DNA from: Eledone cirrhosa | Taxonomy: Eukaryota | NCBI GenBank assembly: GCA_964016885.1 | Contig: OZ024740.1 | Span: forward strand, 217,496,001 to 217,560,000 | Direction: 5' to 3' | Length of the DNA stretch: 64,000 nt | Shown: positions 52,701 to 64,000 of the stretch, one piece after another | How the letters are laid out: each line of letters opens with the position of its first letter | Position numbering within the stretch: position 1 is the stretch's first letter | Notes under the pieces: generated by a model | Databases searched by the model: none | Told to the model about the DNA's origin: nothing | Seen by the model: the letters and a program-made list of their open reading frames with translations, nothing else | Made by a program: the position numbers and the translations under genes

Positions 52701-53010
52701 AAAAAATCTAAATGTATTTTTTTGGTCATGCCCTTTTCACTGACAACATACCTAATGATTCATCTATGAGTAAAGCATTATATATGCTGACTGTAATAGG
52801 GAGCAGTATTAAAAAAAATCACCACTGGAAAAAACTAATATTTTTATCAAGATGATTTATTTTGACCAAACGACAATAAATATTCTGCTATAATTCCTAC
52901 TTTGGCTAAAATTCAGCAATCATATTTGAATGGTTAAATATTTTGTAATGTGTGCCAAATATATTGTAACTTTCATAAAATACCCGGGTATGACCGGGTA
53001 GCTCAGCTAG
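49715..53010 (+). mobile_element. Helitron copy with Rep deleted and helicase ORF open
   Basis: 5' TATATATAAATGCAAGTTTACG shared with 53011; internal deletion junction at about 50210; 3' hairpin plus CTAG at 53007-53010. Confidence 0.9.
50212..52188 (+). CDS. Helitron PIF1-family helicase domain (open frame; Walker A reads GTGRT, so probably inactive)
   Basis: DAPAGTGRTF, ASSGIAA, DEATM, GDFRQ, LCNGTRL, FAMTINKSQGQSL, FSHGQLYV. The ORF-track start at 50167 lies in a GA-rich repeat. Confidence 0.82.
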   Translation, partial: KTWNRRKQCHLVEGHEVKSSDTIGRVYNVHPNNRECFYLRLFLHTVRGPTSFEHLRCFRGKECATYQEACKQHGLLHDNGHWKKCLKEAAITQVPSQIRQLFVIMLTACGIDEAHLLWQEYKNNMSDDYLHLARRHHGNMYMEYTPRIYNQALCDVSHRVQAMNITLANCGMPEPDEEIEVAQDIFQETNYDIQALRKFVDENEPRLMGDQKYAYHDIIENIQNNRGGLFIIDAPAGTGRTFLINLLLAKVRQKQHIALVVASSGIAATLLGGGRTAHSMFKQPIDLTRHEQSFCNIKKNSPKGKLLQTCKIIIWDEATMSHKGAIEALDRTIRDLRENSCIMGGVTMVLAGDFRQTLSVILRGTRADQVNVCLKTSYIWPHLQLLSLTTNMREHLTGDKGVSEFAIQLLKLGNGLLEKDSNDHIQLSFGHILDTEQELIARVFPNIQTRQCDPKWLCQRALLAPKTVAVKEINRRLLEMLPGLKICYKSVDTITSQDHVVNYPTEFLNSLEQEGIPPHNEILRLGASVMLLRNLDPPKLCNGTRLIIKNMMSNVLEIAIISGKFAGDNCFIPRIPLKPADLPFEFQRLQFPIRFSFAMTINKSQGQSLKVVGLNLADPVFSHGQLYVGTTRVGNPDCLLIVAQQGKIKYVVYPENLE

Positions 53011-56000
53011 TATATATATAAATGCAAGTTTACGATTCTGTGTGTCCGCCTAAAACTAGCAAACTACTGGACCAAACTCCTCAAAATTACATGTACATAT
53101 TCACTATACACTCGGACAGGTAACGGTCGAAAAAGTGTTACTTTGCAAAGCAAGGAATTCATTTAAATTCAATTTATCTTATTTTCTAATGAATATCAAA
53201 AGAGATCATCCATTTTGTGTTTTTAAGTTCCCCAGTCTGTAGATAAGAGAGTGGGGGATGGGAGAGAGAGAGAGAGTAAGGGATGAAAGAGAAAGAGAGA
53301 TAGTGGCAGATGGGAGAGAAAGTAAGGGGATAAGAGAGAAAGAGAGAGTGTGAGTGGATGGGAGAGAGAGAGTAAGGGGATGTGAGAGAGAAAGAAAGAG
53401 AGTAAGGGATAAGAGAGAGAGTGGGAGATGGGAGAGAAAGAATAAGGGGATGTGAGAGAGAAAGAAAGAGAGTAAGGGGATGAGAGAGAAAGACGATGAA
53501 AGAGAGAGAGGGAAAGTAACCAGCGTTGTTAACTTTTATTTATTTATTATTTTTACACACTTTTTAACTCTCCCGCTTCCTTAACGTTATTTATCTTTTC
53601 TTTATTTTTTGTTCTCTATTCCGTAGAGAGGGGGGGGGGGTGAGAGAGAAAAAGAGAGAGAGAGAGAGTAATGGGATGGGAGAGAGAGAGAGAGGGAAAT
53701 TAGCAAGCGTTCATTAACTTTTATTTATTTATTATTTTTACACATTTCTTAACTCTCCCAATGTTATTTATCTTTTATTTATTTTTTGTTCGCTATTGTG
53801 TAGAGCAGGGGTCACCAAACGTTTTTCACACTGGGCCGGAGAACTGAAAGAATGACAAGCGCGGGCCGCATAATCATTCTGTTCAATACTTGCAAGCCAG
53901 AACGAAAGCTTTGGGAAAAAAGACGAAACACTACGTTTAGCATTCCATGTTAATCATGGGCGAGTGGCGTGCAATGCGCAAAAAACAAAGACAACCAACA
54001 TAATTATTTACTAAAAAGTTATCAAAGAAGGCGACGTAGCAAAAATATAATAATTTGATGATTTTGTAGAGATCACAGACGAGGTTATCCTTTCCCTGAA
54101 GTTTCAAGTTCAGTTCATTCATGTGGGATGTGATGTCGACCAAAAATGACAACTTTGACAGCCAGATAGGATCTGACAGCTGTGGATCAGCTCTATCTTT
54201 TTCAGTGAGGAAAACATCTATTTCGTTTCGGAGCTTGTAAAAACAAAACAGGGCTTTACCGCAGCTGAGCCACCTCACTGCTGTGTGATAAGGCAAGTCA
54301 CAGAAATCAGAATCAATTTCTTCAAGAAAAGCCTGGAACTGACGGTGATTGAGTGCATGTCCCCGAATGAAGTTCACAGCAGAAACGACTGGTTTCAGTA
54401 CACAAGAAATATCCAAGTCTTTCCCACAGAGTGTTTGCTGATATATGATGCAGTGTATGAACAGAGCGCCCGGAATTTGCAAATCTTCCAACTGAGTCCT
54501 GATCTGCCCGACCAGACTCTTCCTCACTCCATCCATGTTCTTTCCTCCATCAACTGTAACACCTCGAAGCTGATTCCACTGAAGGTTATAGTCTTGCAAA
54601 GTTTTCTGCACTTCCATGAAAATGTCTTTTCCAGTTGTTGTTCCATGCATGCAGCAAACGGATGTTCAACTCTTCCGTTATCTGAAAGTCCAAATTGACA
54701 CCACGAATGAACACGAGAAGTCGTGACGTACTCGAGAGATCAGTAGACTCACCCAGCGTCAGAGAATACCACAACAAGTTCCTAGCTTTCTCGCGTATCT
54801 ATAGCACTATGTTCTCTCCAAGTTCTTCTGTTCGCCGCACAACTGAACTTGCCGAAACGCTGATACTTCCAAACAAATCGGCTTTCTCAGGACACAAGTC
54901 ATTTGCTGCTTCCATCATACACTCTTTGATGAAGTTGTCATCAGTAAACGGTTTTCCTCGCTCTGCCAACTTATGCACTATTTTATAACTTGTACGAGTG
55001 ACAGATTCATTTTCAGCAAACTTTCTCGTGAAGAGATTTCTTTGAGTTTCTAAACCACGTTTCATGGACTCATATTTCTCAGAGCGTAACCTTCCAGAAA
55101 ACTTTGTATATGTTGATAGATGTTTTGCTTCATAGTGACGCCGAAGATTGTACTCTTTCAAAACGGCAACACTTTCGCTGCATACCACGCAACTAGCTTT
55201 CTGGTCCTTTGTTTCCACAAAGAAGTACTTTACTCCCCATTCTTCATTGAAAACGCGACACTCGGCGTCCACTTTTTCTTTTCTTAGTAGCCATAATAAA
55301 GGGTGAAGAAAACGGGATCTGAAAATGAAAAAGACATTGAATTAGAAACATCTCGTGTTCCATCCGTTTTATCACGCAAATGCAAGTACCGCCGGCAACC
55401 TGATGAACTGACGTCGCAGGTCTGATCCGGCCCGCGGGCCATAGTTTAGTGACCCCTGGTGTAGAGGATGAGAGAGAGAAAGAAAGAGAGGAGATGAGAA
55501 AGAGAAAGGGCGTGAAGCGGATGGGGAGAGAAAGACAATAAGAAAAGAGAAAAGATGGGAGAGCCAAAAAAGTAAAGAGGCAGGAGAAAGGGAGGGTGAT
55601 TGGAGGGATTATTTATCTAACGTGTGTCTGCGTTTATATATATATTTACACACACTTATGTGATATGGGGGGGGGGGGGCGTTCTTTAGCAGACGTTATA
55701 TGTTACCATCAAAGATTATTTTCTACGTACGTCTAAAGAAATCAGATGCTTTTATAGATTTATATATGTATGTATTTAACAGACGAAAAGAAAAAACGGT
55801 ATTTTTAAAAGATATTATTTGAATATATTATTTTCCGCTGTTATTTGAATTAACACAGAAAATATTTTTTTTGTAGTGTTTGTCGTTTTTTTTTTGGATA
55901 CAATCTGAAATCCCAATATTTTCTACATATGTCTAAAATAAATTACACCTAATATACATTCATATAAAGAGATCATTTAAAACAACTTTACTGAGTTGTT

Positions 56001-59000
56001 TCTATTTCGGAAAGAGTGTGGTGTGTAATAATATCACTTCAAATGCCTAGAAAACGTTCCAGATCATTATATGGAAGGTCATCTTCAGAGGCTAAGAGAA
56101 AGAAAACACAGCGATCTGAAGAAAGTGAAGAAGTTCGGCATGCCCGTCTAGCTGCTAACAGAGCCCAAACAGCGTTAGCACGAGCACACCATTTGGGAAC
56201 AAAGGACTGCTGTTACACGAGAACAACAAATTAAGGAACAGCAGCAAATCAGACGAAATGCTAATCAAGAACATCGTTTCTACTGCCTGAGCAGGAGAAC
56301 AAGCCACAAGTAAAATGAACTGGCTGATGGGTGCTTTTTCTTATGACCCTCAAAAGGACTACAGCAGTAATCCACAAATCAACATTGGCAAAATGAACAA
56401 ATGCTGCCAGTATTGTGTTGCCAAGAAGTGGGCAGCAGAAACACCAAGTCTATGGTGCTCAAAAGGCAAAGTGAGCCTTAAAACAATACAAGAACCTCCT
56501 GAATTTCTGAAGAATCTGCTCCTTCAGGATACACCAGAAGCACGACACTTCAATAAATACATCATAAAATATAATTCTGCCTTTCAAATGACATCTTTTG
56601 GGGCTGACAGGAATGTTATTGACTTTAGATTCTGTACAGTATTACCACTTAATGGGTGGCGTTCTGCCTCTTTTACAGGAGTCTCACAAATTTGTGCAGG
56701 TTTACTTCATGGGTGGAAATGAAACAAAGGCACAACAAAGATGTACCAATACCCATGGTGGATTGCAGTTCTACATAGTCATAATGTTACAAGAAATGCT
56801 TCACTAACATCATAAGTACGTCAGTGTATTTAAATATGCACTGGAACATATGAACAACATCAGAGATCTTAAAATCATCATTAGGGCAGATAAACACCCA
56901 GACTCAGAACATGAACGAATATTCAATGGACCTGTCACTGATGAAGTTGCAATCATAATGGTTGATGAAGAGTATGGACGACGTCACATTGTTTTACACA
57001 AACAAAGTGGACATTTGGAGCGAATTTGTGAAACTCATAGAGCCTATGATTCACTCCAATATCCGCTCATCTTTTGGAATGGTCAAGATGGATATCATTT
57101 TCGGCTACGGCAGATCAGCCCAGGAACGGGACAAGAAGCTGGCCGATCAATCAACTGCAAAGAATTCTATGCTTATCATTTCATGGTACGTGATCACTTC
57201 AACCAAGTTCTGCGATTCAAAGAAGTAACCAGCCAGTTCATGGTGGACATGTATGCCAAAATTGAAACAGAAAGATTGGGTTTTCTGGGAAGGATTCAAC
57301 TAAGTTGAGGGCAGATAACTACATCCACCTTAGAGATGCCATCAATTCTGATGTTGACCCAAGAAATATTGGCCAGCCAGTCATACTAGATCTCTTCATT
57401 ACATTTACATGCAATTCAAACTGGTCAGAAATATCAAATGAATTTTTTGAAAATCAAAACCAAAGGATCGATATAACCTTATTGCTCGGGTTTTCCATGA
57501 AAAGCAAAAACAACTCATCCTTCTCCTAAAAGAAGGAAGAATCTTTGGTGAGCTTAGTGCTTGGATGACCACGTTTGAGTGGCAAAAGAGAGGTCTTCCT
57601 CACTCTCACACACTAATCTGGTGCAAGGAGAAGATAAGACCAGATGATGTTGATAAGATCATTTCAGCAGAGTTTCCTGATAAAGGTGGTGATCCAGAGC
57701 TCTTTGAAACCATCAAGTCCAAACTCATTCATGGTCCATCAATCCAGCCTCTCCCTGCATGAAAGATAAAAAATGCAGCAGACATTATCCTAGAGCTTTT
57801 ATTCGGGAAACTCGTCGTACACAACAAAGTTTTGTGTAAACTTTTAAAAGCTCATATCATATGTTGAGTATTGCAGCTCCGTCAAGGCAATCCTATATGT
57901 CACAAAATTATCAACAAGGGCAGTGATATGGCTACCTTTATTACTGACAAAGAACTCAATGATGGTTGGCTGAATGAGGTCAAACGGTATGAAACATGTC
58001 GATACATCTCCAGCAATGAAGCTATCTGGCGAATCTTTGGATTTGATATCCACAAACGCCACCCAACAGTGGACACCCTCGCAGTCCACCTGGAAAATGG
58101 ACAGAGAGTGTACTTCACTAAGATCACTGCTCATCAGTTGACACAAGTATCACATGACACTACACTAACTGCTTTCTTTAAACTCTGCCAGAATGATGTA
58201 TTTGTTCGATCCCTCCTATATCCTGAAGTCCCAACATACTACACCGGGACCAATTGCAAGACCTGGAATCGAAGAAAGCAGGGTCATGAAGTCAAGTCAA
58301 GTGATGCTATTGGGCCTGTTTAGAATGTCCATTCCAACAACAGAGAATGTTTTTATTTACGGCTACTTCTGCATACTGTTCGAGGACCAACGTCATTTGA
58401 GGATCTTAGATGCTTCAGAGGAAGGGAGTGTGCAACATACCAAGAAGCATGTACACAGCATGGACTCCTGCATGACAATGGAAACTGGAAGAAGTGCCTA
58501 GAAGAAGCAGCAATCACTCAAGTAGCCAGCCAAATAAGACAATTATTTGCTATTATGCTCACCGCATGTGGAATTGATGAAGCTCATCTACTCTGGCAGG
58601 AGTACAAAAAACAATATGTCGGACGACTATCTACACCTAGCCCGAAGATATCATGGCAATATGTATATGGAATATACCCCCAGGATTTACAATCAAGCTC
58701 TCTGTGACGTGTCCCATCGAGTTCAGGCAATGAATATCACATTAGCTAACTGCGGGATGCCAGAGCCAGATGAAGAAATAGAGGTAGCACAAGACATTTT
58801 TCAGGAGACAAACTACGATATTCAAGCATTGCGTAAGTTTGTGGATTGATGGGTGATCAGAAATACGCCTACCACAACATCATCGAAAACATTCAAAATG
58901 ACAGGGGAGGACATTTCTTCATCGATGCTCCTGCTGGCACAGGTAAGACATTCCTCATAAACCTCCTGCTTGCAAAGGTTCGCTAAAAGCAACATATTGC

Positions 59001-60863
59001 CCTTGCTGCGGCTTCAAGTGGCATTGCAGCAACACTTCTGTATGGAGGAAGAACTATCTCTGGCCCCGCTTTCAGCTGCTGAGCCTTACAACCAACATGC
59101 GAGTGCACTTAACTGGTGACAAAGGTGTCAGTGAGTTTGCCATCCAACTACTTAAATTGGGAAATGGACTTCTTGAAAAGGACTCCAATGACCATATTCA
59201 GTTGTCATTAGGCCATATCATTGACACAGAACAAGAACTGATTGCCAGAGTGTTTCCAAACAATCAGACCAGGCAATGTGATCCGAAATGGCTCTGTGAA
59301 CGAGCAATCTTGGCACCTAAAAATGTTACTCTGAAAGAAATCAACAGAAGGCTGCTGGAGATGTTACTGGGAGAGAAAATAAGTTACAGATCAGTTGTCA
59401 CAATCACTTCTCAAGACCATGTTGTAAACTATCCAATTGAATTTTTGAACAGTCTTGAACAAGCGGGAATTCCTCCACACAACCTGATACTGAGGCTTGG
59501 AGCATCGGTTATGCTACTTCGCAATCTGGATCCTCCAAAACTTTGTAATGGCACAAGACTCATCATCAAAAATATGATGTCCAATGTTCTAGAAGTTGCA
59601 ATCATGTCAGGAAAATTTGCTGGTGAAAATTGTTTTATTCCAAGAATACCTCTGAAGCCAACTGATTTGCCATTTGAATTTCAAAGACTTCAATTTCCGA
59701 TCAGGCTCAGTTTTGCCATGACCATTAATAAATCTCAAGGGCAATCATTGAAAGTCGTTGGGTTGAATCTGGCAGATCCTGTCTTTTCACATGGTCAACT
59801 CTATGTTGGCACAACAAGGGTTGGGAACCTTGATTGTCTCTTTATAGTGGCACCACAGGGCAAAACCAAGAATGTTGTTTATCCAGAGGCTTTGGAATGA
59901 GCAATGTCGTAATTCCTCATTCAATGACAATACACACACTTCCTAATTTCTTAGTCATGTAGTTTGCAAGGAATTCTGAAGCCGCAAATTTACTGCATGG
60001 TGTTACTTTGAAAGAATGTGCAGGCAGTCCCGGGTACCTCTGCTATATAAAGTAGTATAAGTAAAGACTTTGTTGGGTAGAAATAGCAGCCAAATTTCCT
60101 TCAAATTCCACCTTACTTTCTCAGCTATGTATATATGTATGAAGTAAAAAGGAATGGTCCTATGTGATAACTGGATCTACTAGAAATATTAGCAAAATCC
60201 ATTTCAAATCACAAACAACTGTCTTACACTCATCCATGTGTGTGTATGTATCTATGTATGTCGTGTGAGCCACTATACCTGTTGGTATAGCTAATAGAAA
60301 TAGAAAACAAATCTCCCTCAAACAAGATCCTACTGCCATAGAGACTAAGATTGGTGAAAGCTACAGTGTACAAATTTAAATACACTTTCCCCGAATTACA
60401 GAAATGTGTAAGTAAATGCTTCATTCAATCATAAACCAATGCTAAATTTATTTTCTTATTTTATTTATGGTTTTTAAAATAGTCTTTACATGTTGTTTGA
60501 ATTTCAGAGGTTCAGATTGAGCAAAAAAATAAAAAAAGAAAGAAAGAAAAGGACAAAGAAAAAAAATCTAGATATATTTTTTTGGTCATACTCTGACAAC
60601 ATACCTAATGATTCATCTATGAGTAAAGCATTATATATGCTGACTGTAATAGGGAGCAGTATTTAAAAAAATCACCACTGGAAAAAACTAATATTTTTAT
60701 CGAGATGATTTACTTTGACCAAACGACAATAAATATTCTGCTATAATTCCTACTTTGGCTAAAATTCAGCAATCATATTTGAATGGTCAAATATTTTGTA
60801 ATGTGTGCCAAATATACTGTAATTTTCATAAAATACCCAGGTATCACCGGGTAGTTCAGCGAG
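53011..60863 (+). mobile_element. Near full-length decayed Helitron (Rep-Hel pseudogene about 56040-59900)
   Basis: Rep motifs DLFITFTCN and FEWQKRGLPHSH, helicase GTGKT through TINKSQG, and a 3' hairpin with CTAG mutated to CGAG. Head-to-tail with the preceding copy. Confidence 0.92.
53806..55458 (-). mobile_element. hAT DNA transposon (Charlie/SPIN, GTF2IRD2-like transposase), internally deleted
   Basis: 15-bp TIR CAGGGGTCACCAAAC / GTTTAGTGACCCCTG, 8-bp TSD GTGTAGAG at 53798-53805 and 55459-55466, frameshifted transposase MATKKRK..DAECRVFNEEW..HCIIYQQ..VRWLS. Confidence 0.95.
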
Positions 60864-60882
60864 TATATATATATATATATAT

Positions 60883-61438
60883 ATCATAAAACATGTCTAT
60901 AGAATCACCAGATAAAATATATATCGTTTCCTCTCCCAATTAGCATAATTAACCATATAAAAAATCGATTAGACCAAGCTATAAGAATAAAGGCTTCTAT
61001 GAAGAAATCTTCGACAAATAACCGAAAGCAGCCCTTTGCGGCAGTTGCGACGGAGTATTTATCGAGTTTTTCGACAGTGTGTGTAAATCGACCAGATAAA
61101 CAATCAACCAAACATAATTAGGTGTAAAATAAACTAGGAGAAAAGAGAACATATTTAGTTACTTCTACCATGGTTTCGTCCGCATTTTAAGATATCCGAT
61201 AACATCGGACATCTCGAGCACCGGACTCTTCAGGAGTTAGCTCAAATTTAGACAATTAATTTTCCAAAGTGATCGCGCCAAGAATATATTCAAAAATGGC
61301 TAAGAATCGTGACGTAGCAGCGGTCAGGTTAGAAAGAATGTGATTAGTTGCTTACGGGTGGTGGCTTTTTGCTAGAAAGCGCAGCCCAATACAGCCAATA
61401 TTGTATCTCAACCTAACGGGATTTTATTATATATAAAG

Positions 61439-61523
<85 letters not shown>

Positions 61524-61733
61524 GCAACGGGTCACTTTGTGGCTCAATAAAGAATTAATAAATTACATAATCAGAGCTATATATCATAAAACATGTCTAT
61601 AGAATCACCAGATAAAATATATACCGTTTTCACTCCCAATTACCAAAATAAACCATATAAAAAATCGATTAGACCAAGCTATAAGAATAAAGGGTTCTAT
61701 GAAGAAATCTCCGACAAATAATCGAAAGCAGCC
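60883..61733 (-). mobile_element. PLE-type partial tandem insert in (TA)n with HHR
   Basis: 60883-61032 is repeated at about 61580-61733; absent at the paralogous site near 1980-2000. Confidence 0.72.
61161..61237 (-). ncRNA. Type I hammerhead ribozyme
   Basis: actc-CTGAAGA-GTCCG...(gagatgtccgat/atcggatatctt)...CGGAC-GAAA-ccatgg-TA-gaagt; stem I has one bulge. Confidence 0.8.
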
Positions 61734-61823
61734 TATATATGTATATATATGTATTTATATATTAAAAAATAAGTTGACAGTTACAATCTTTACTTAATTC
61801 TTAATTGTGTTGTTATATATACA

Positions 61824-61984
<161 letters not shown>

Positions 61985-62623
61985 GTATGCATCTACACAA
62001 ACGCGCGCGCATATACACACATACATATATAGAAAGATATTTGTCCTCTGTTATATGTAGCTATTAAGTGTTTGAGGTCCACCGTTTGACTGCAGAAGTT
62101 GAAATTTAAATTCAGATATTTTGGGCGAGATTTCAATGTGTCATGGAAAAATATTTTAGGGAAAATCTACAAGAATTGTATTGAAACCTGATTGAAGAAA
62201 TTACCATTAATTCATTAACATTTTCACTAACAAAGTATACATTGTCTAATCTTATGTTATAAATTGTTTACAAATCATTGTTTGTAAACACATTGATTGA
62301 CATGTGCAGGAAATTACTTTCAAATATAAATAACTTGGGAATTTGTTTCCCAAGCTATTGTAATATGTCACTGGTAAAGGTGGCACCCACATCTTCAAGG
62401 ATATTTCGGGGTAAATGCTGGTTTCTTCAATGTAAAAATAAATTCAAAAGAAGTGAAAGTGAATAAATTAATGTTGTTTAATTAATTAATTCAGTTGATC
62501 ACGTTGAACAGGGGTTATATGAAGCGTTCGTCTTAGACATTTGTTAAACCTGTCCTTGTTTCGATAAAATAAAGATAACAACCATCACAATTCTACAACA
62601 GGAAGATAAACCAACTGACCACC

Positions 62624-62684
62624 ATGTTGTACGAAATTCTAGCAGTATTTGCAGCATTCTCATTCGTAAACTGCTACACCAACT
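62624..62684 (+). CDS. Cys-repeat gene copy 3, exon 1 (MLYEILAVFAAFSFVNCYTN)
   Basis: Kozak ATG and GTAAGT donor at 62685. Confidence 0.85.
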
Positions 62685-63255
62685 GTAAGTAAATCATATT
62701 ACTATATTTTGTATATTTCTTGGTTTCTTACTTCATATTATTATGATCTCTGAGTTACACACTCTATCGAGCAACGTTACTCCAGCCGACTGATTTTACA
62801 CCTGCCTGTCGTGATACCATTTACAAAACGGCTACACATGTCAATCTTGTTCATAAAAGTAATGAACAGGAGAGTAGGCAGTATGCACCCTCGGCGGAAT
62901 CCGTCTTTCTAATTCAATGGTATCGATTTAGCACCATTTGTCCGAACATAAATTCCCCTCTATATTCGTATAGAGACATCAGAGAAGCAAGAAGCTGACA
63001 ATCGATCCCATACTCCTGTAGAACCTTCTACAGCAGGTTTCGACTAAAATGCTGCTTTTCAAAATATATTTTGAAATAATTCTAGTCTACATTAATATAA
63101 TCTGGACAATAACAGAAACAAGTGAACAAAATCTCTTCTGTTGGAGACTGTTTTATGGAATCAGAAGAAGATGGTAAAAAAATAATCATATTCTATTCTA
63201 AAGAAGGGAGTCTTTAACACTGTCTCTGCTCTTAATCAAGTGTATGTGTGTGTGC

Positions 63256-63349
<94 letters not shown>

Positions 63350-63928
63350 TTGGAGGTGATACGTGCACGTACACTGTTTTCTGATAGATGTGTTAATACA
63401 AAGATATTGTAATAGATTCAGGTGTCCATATGTCTGTCACATTTGTTGTAATTTACTAATGTAAGAAAATATTTTGAACTAGAAAAGGTGTTGCACTCAA
63501 TATATAATAAGTTTTATTTAATATGAGTTTAAAACTCATTATCTTGTGAAACGACATAATATGTTTGAGGGCCCTGATTAGGACAAGAAAAAAACATTAG
63601 ATATTTTAAAGAAAAGAGTTAAACATTTACATCGTTAAGTAGTATATGTAATTGTTATAGATACAATAAAATAATACAACATTTTATGAACAAACAGAAA
63701 TAATTATGATTGAAATCTAATTATCTTGCGAAACCCCAAAATGTTTTGAGGGACCTCACTGTGGAAAATACAGCATTAAATATTTGAAATTGTTTACATT
63801 AATGCCAAGAATGCATTGATATCGTTAATTATTTTTATATCTAATTGTTATAGATTCTATACAAATAGAAAAATCAATGACTTATATTAAAGCTATATAT
63901 TGAGATGATAATGTTATTCTTTTTACAG

Positions 63929-64000
63929 ATGAATGTACCCATAATGGAAGAAGGTATGAAGGTGCATTTAGCATCGACTGTAACACGTGTGTGTGTCTAG
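63929..64000 (+). CDS. Cys-repeat gene copy 3, start of exon 2 (runs off the window)
   Basis: TTTTTACAG|AT GAA TGT ACC CAT AAT GGA..., homologous to 5962 and 33731. Confidence 0.85.
   Translation: MNVPIMEEGMKVHLASTVTRVCV

Overview
AT-rich, microsatellite-dense animal DNA; the SINE and LINE content looks cephalopod (Octopus-like), which is an inference. The only host genes I can support are three tandem paralogs about 28-30 kb apart (4300-8497, 32128-36378, and 62624 to beyond the window end). Each is a 3-exon gene for a secreted protein made almost entirely of 37-aa six-Cys repeats of pacifastin/truncated-VWC type, 14 in copy 1 and 15 in copy 2, ending in a 4-codon micro-exon (S/T-G-Y-Y). 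The rest is nested transposons: Helitrons (one carrying a hAT insertion), L1/Tx1-like, R4/Dong-like and RTE LINEs, Penelope-like elements (PLEs), SINEs and a MITE. The main hidden signal is RNA structure. By eye I find 15 type I hammerhead ribozyme (HHR) motifs from about 10 unrelated sequence families, 12 with an intact or compensated core, mostly in short islands between (TA)n tracts. They include a 485-bp HHR tandem dimer (retrozyme-like) and a perfect 298-bp palindrome with a U3:A8 core variant. All folds and alignments were done by hand and transposon boundaries are approximate.
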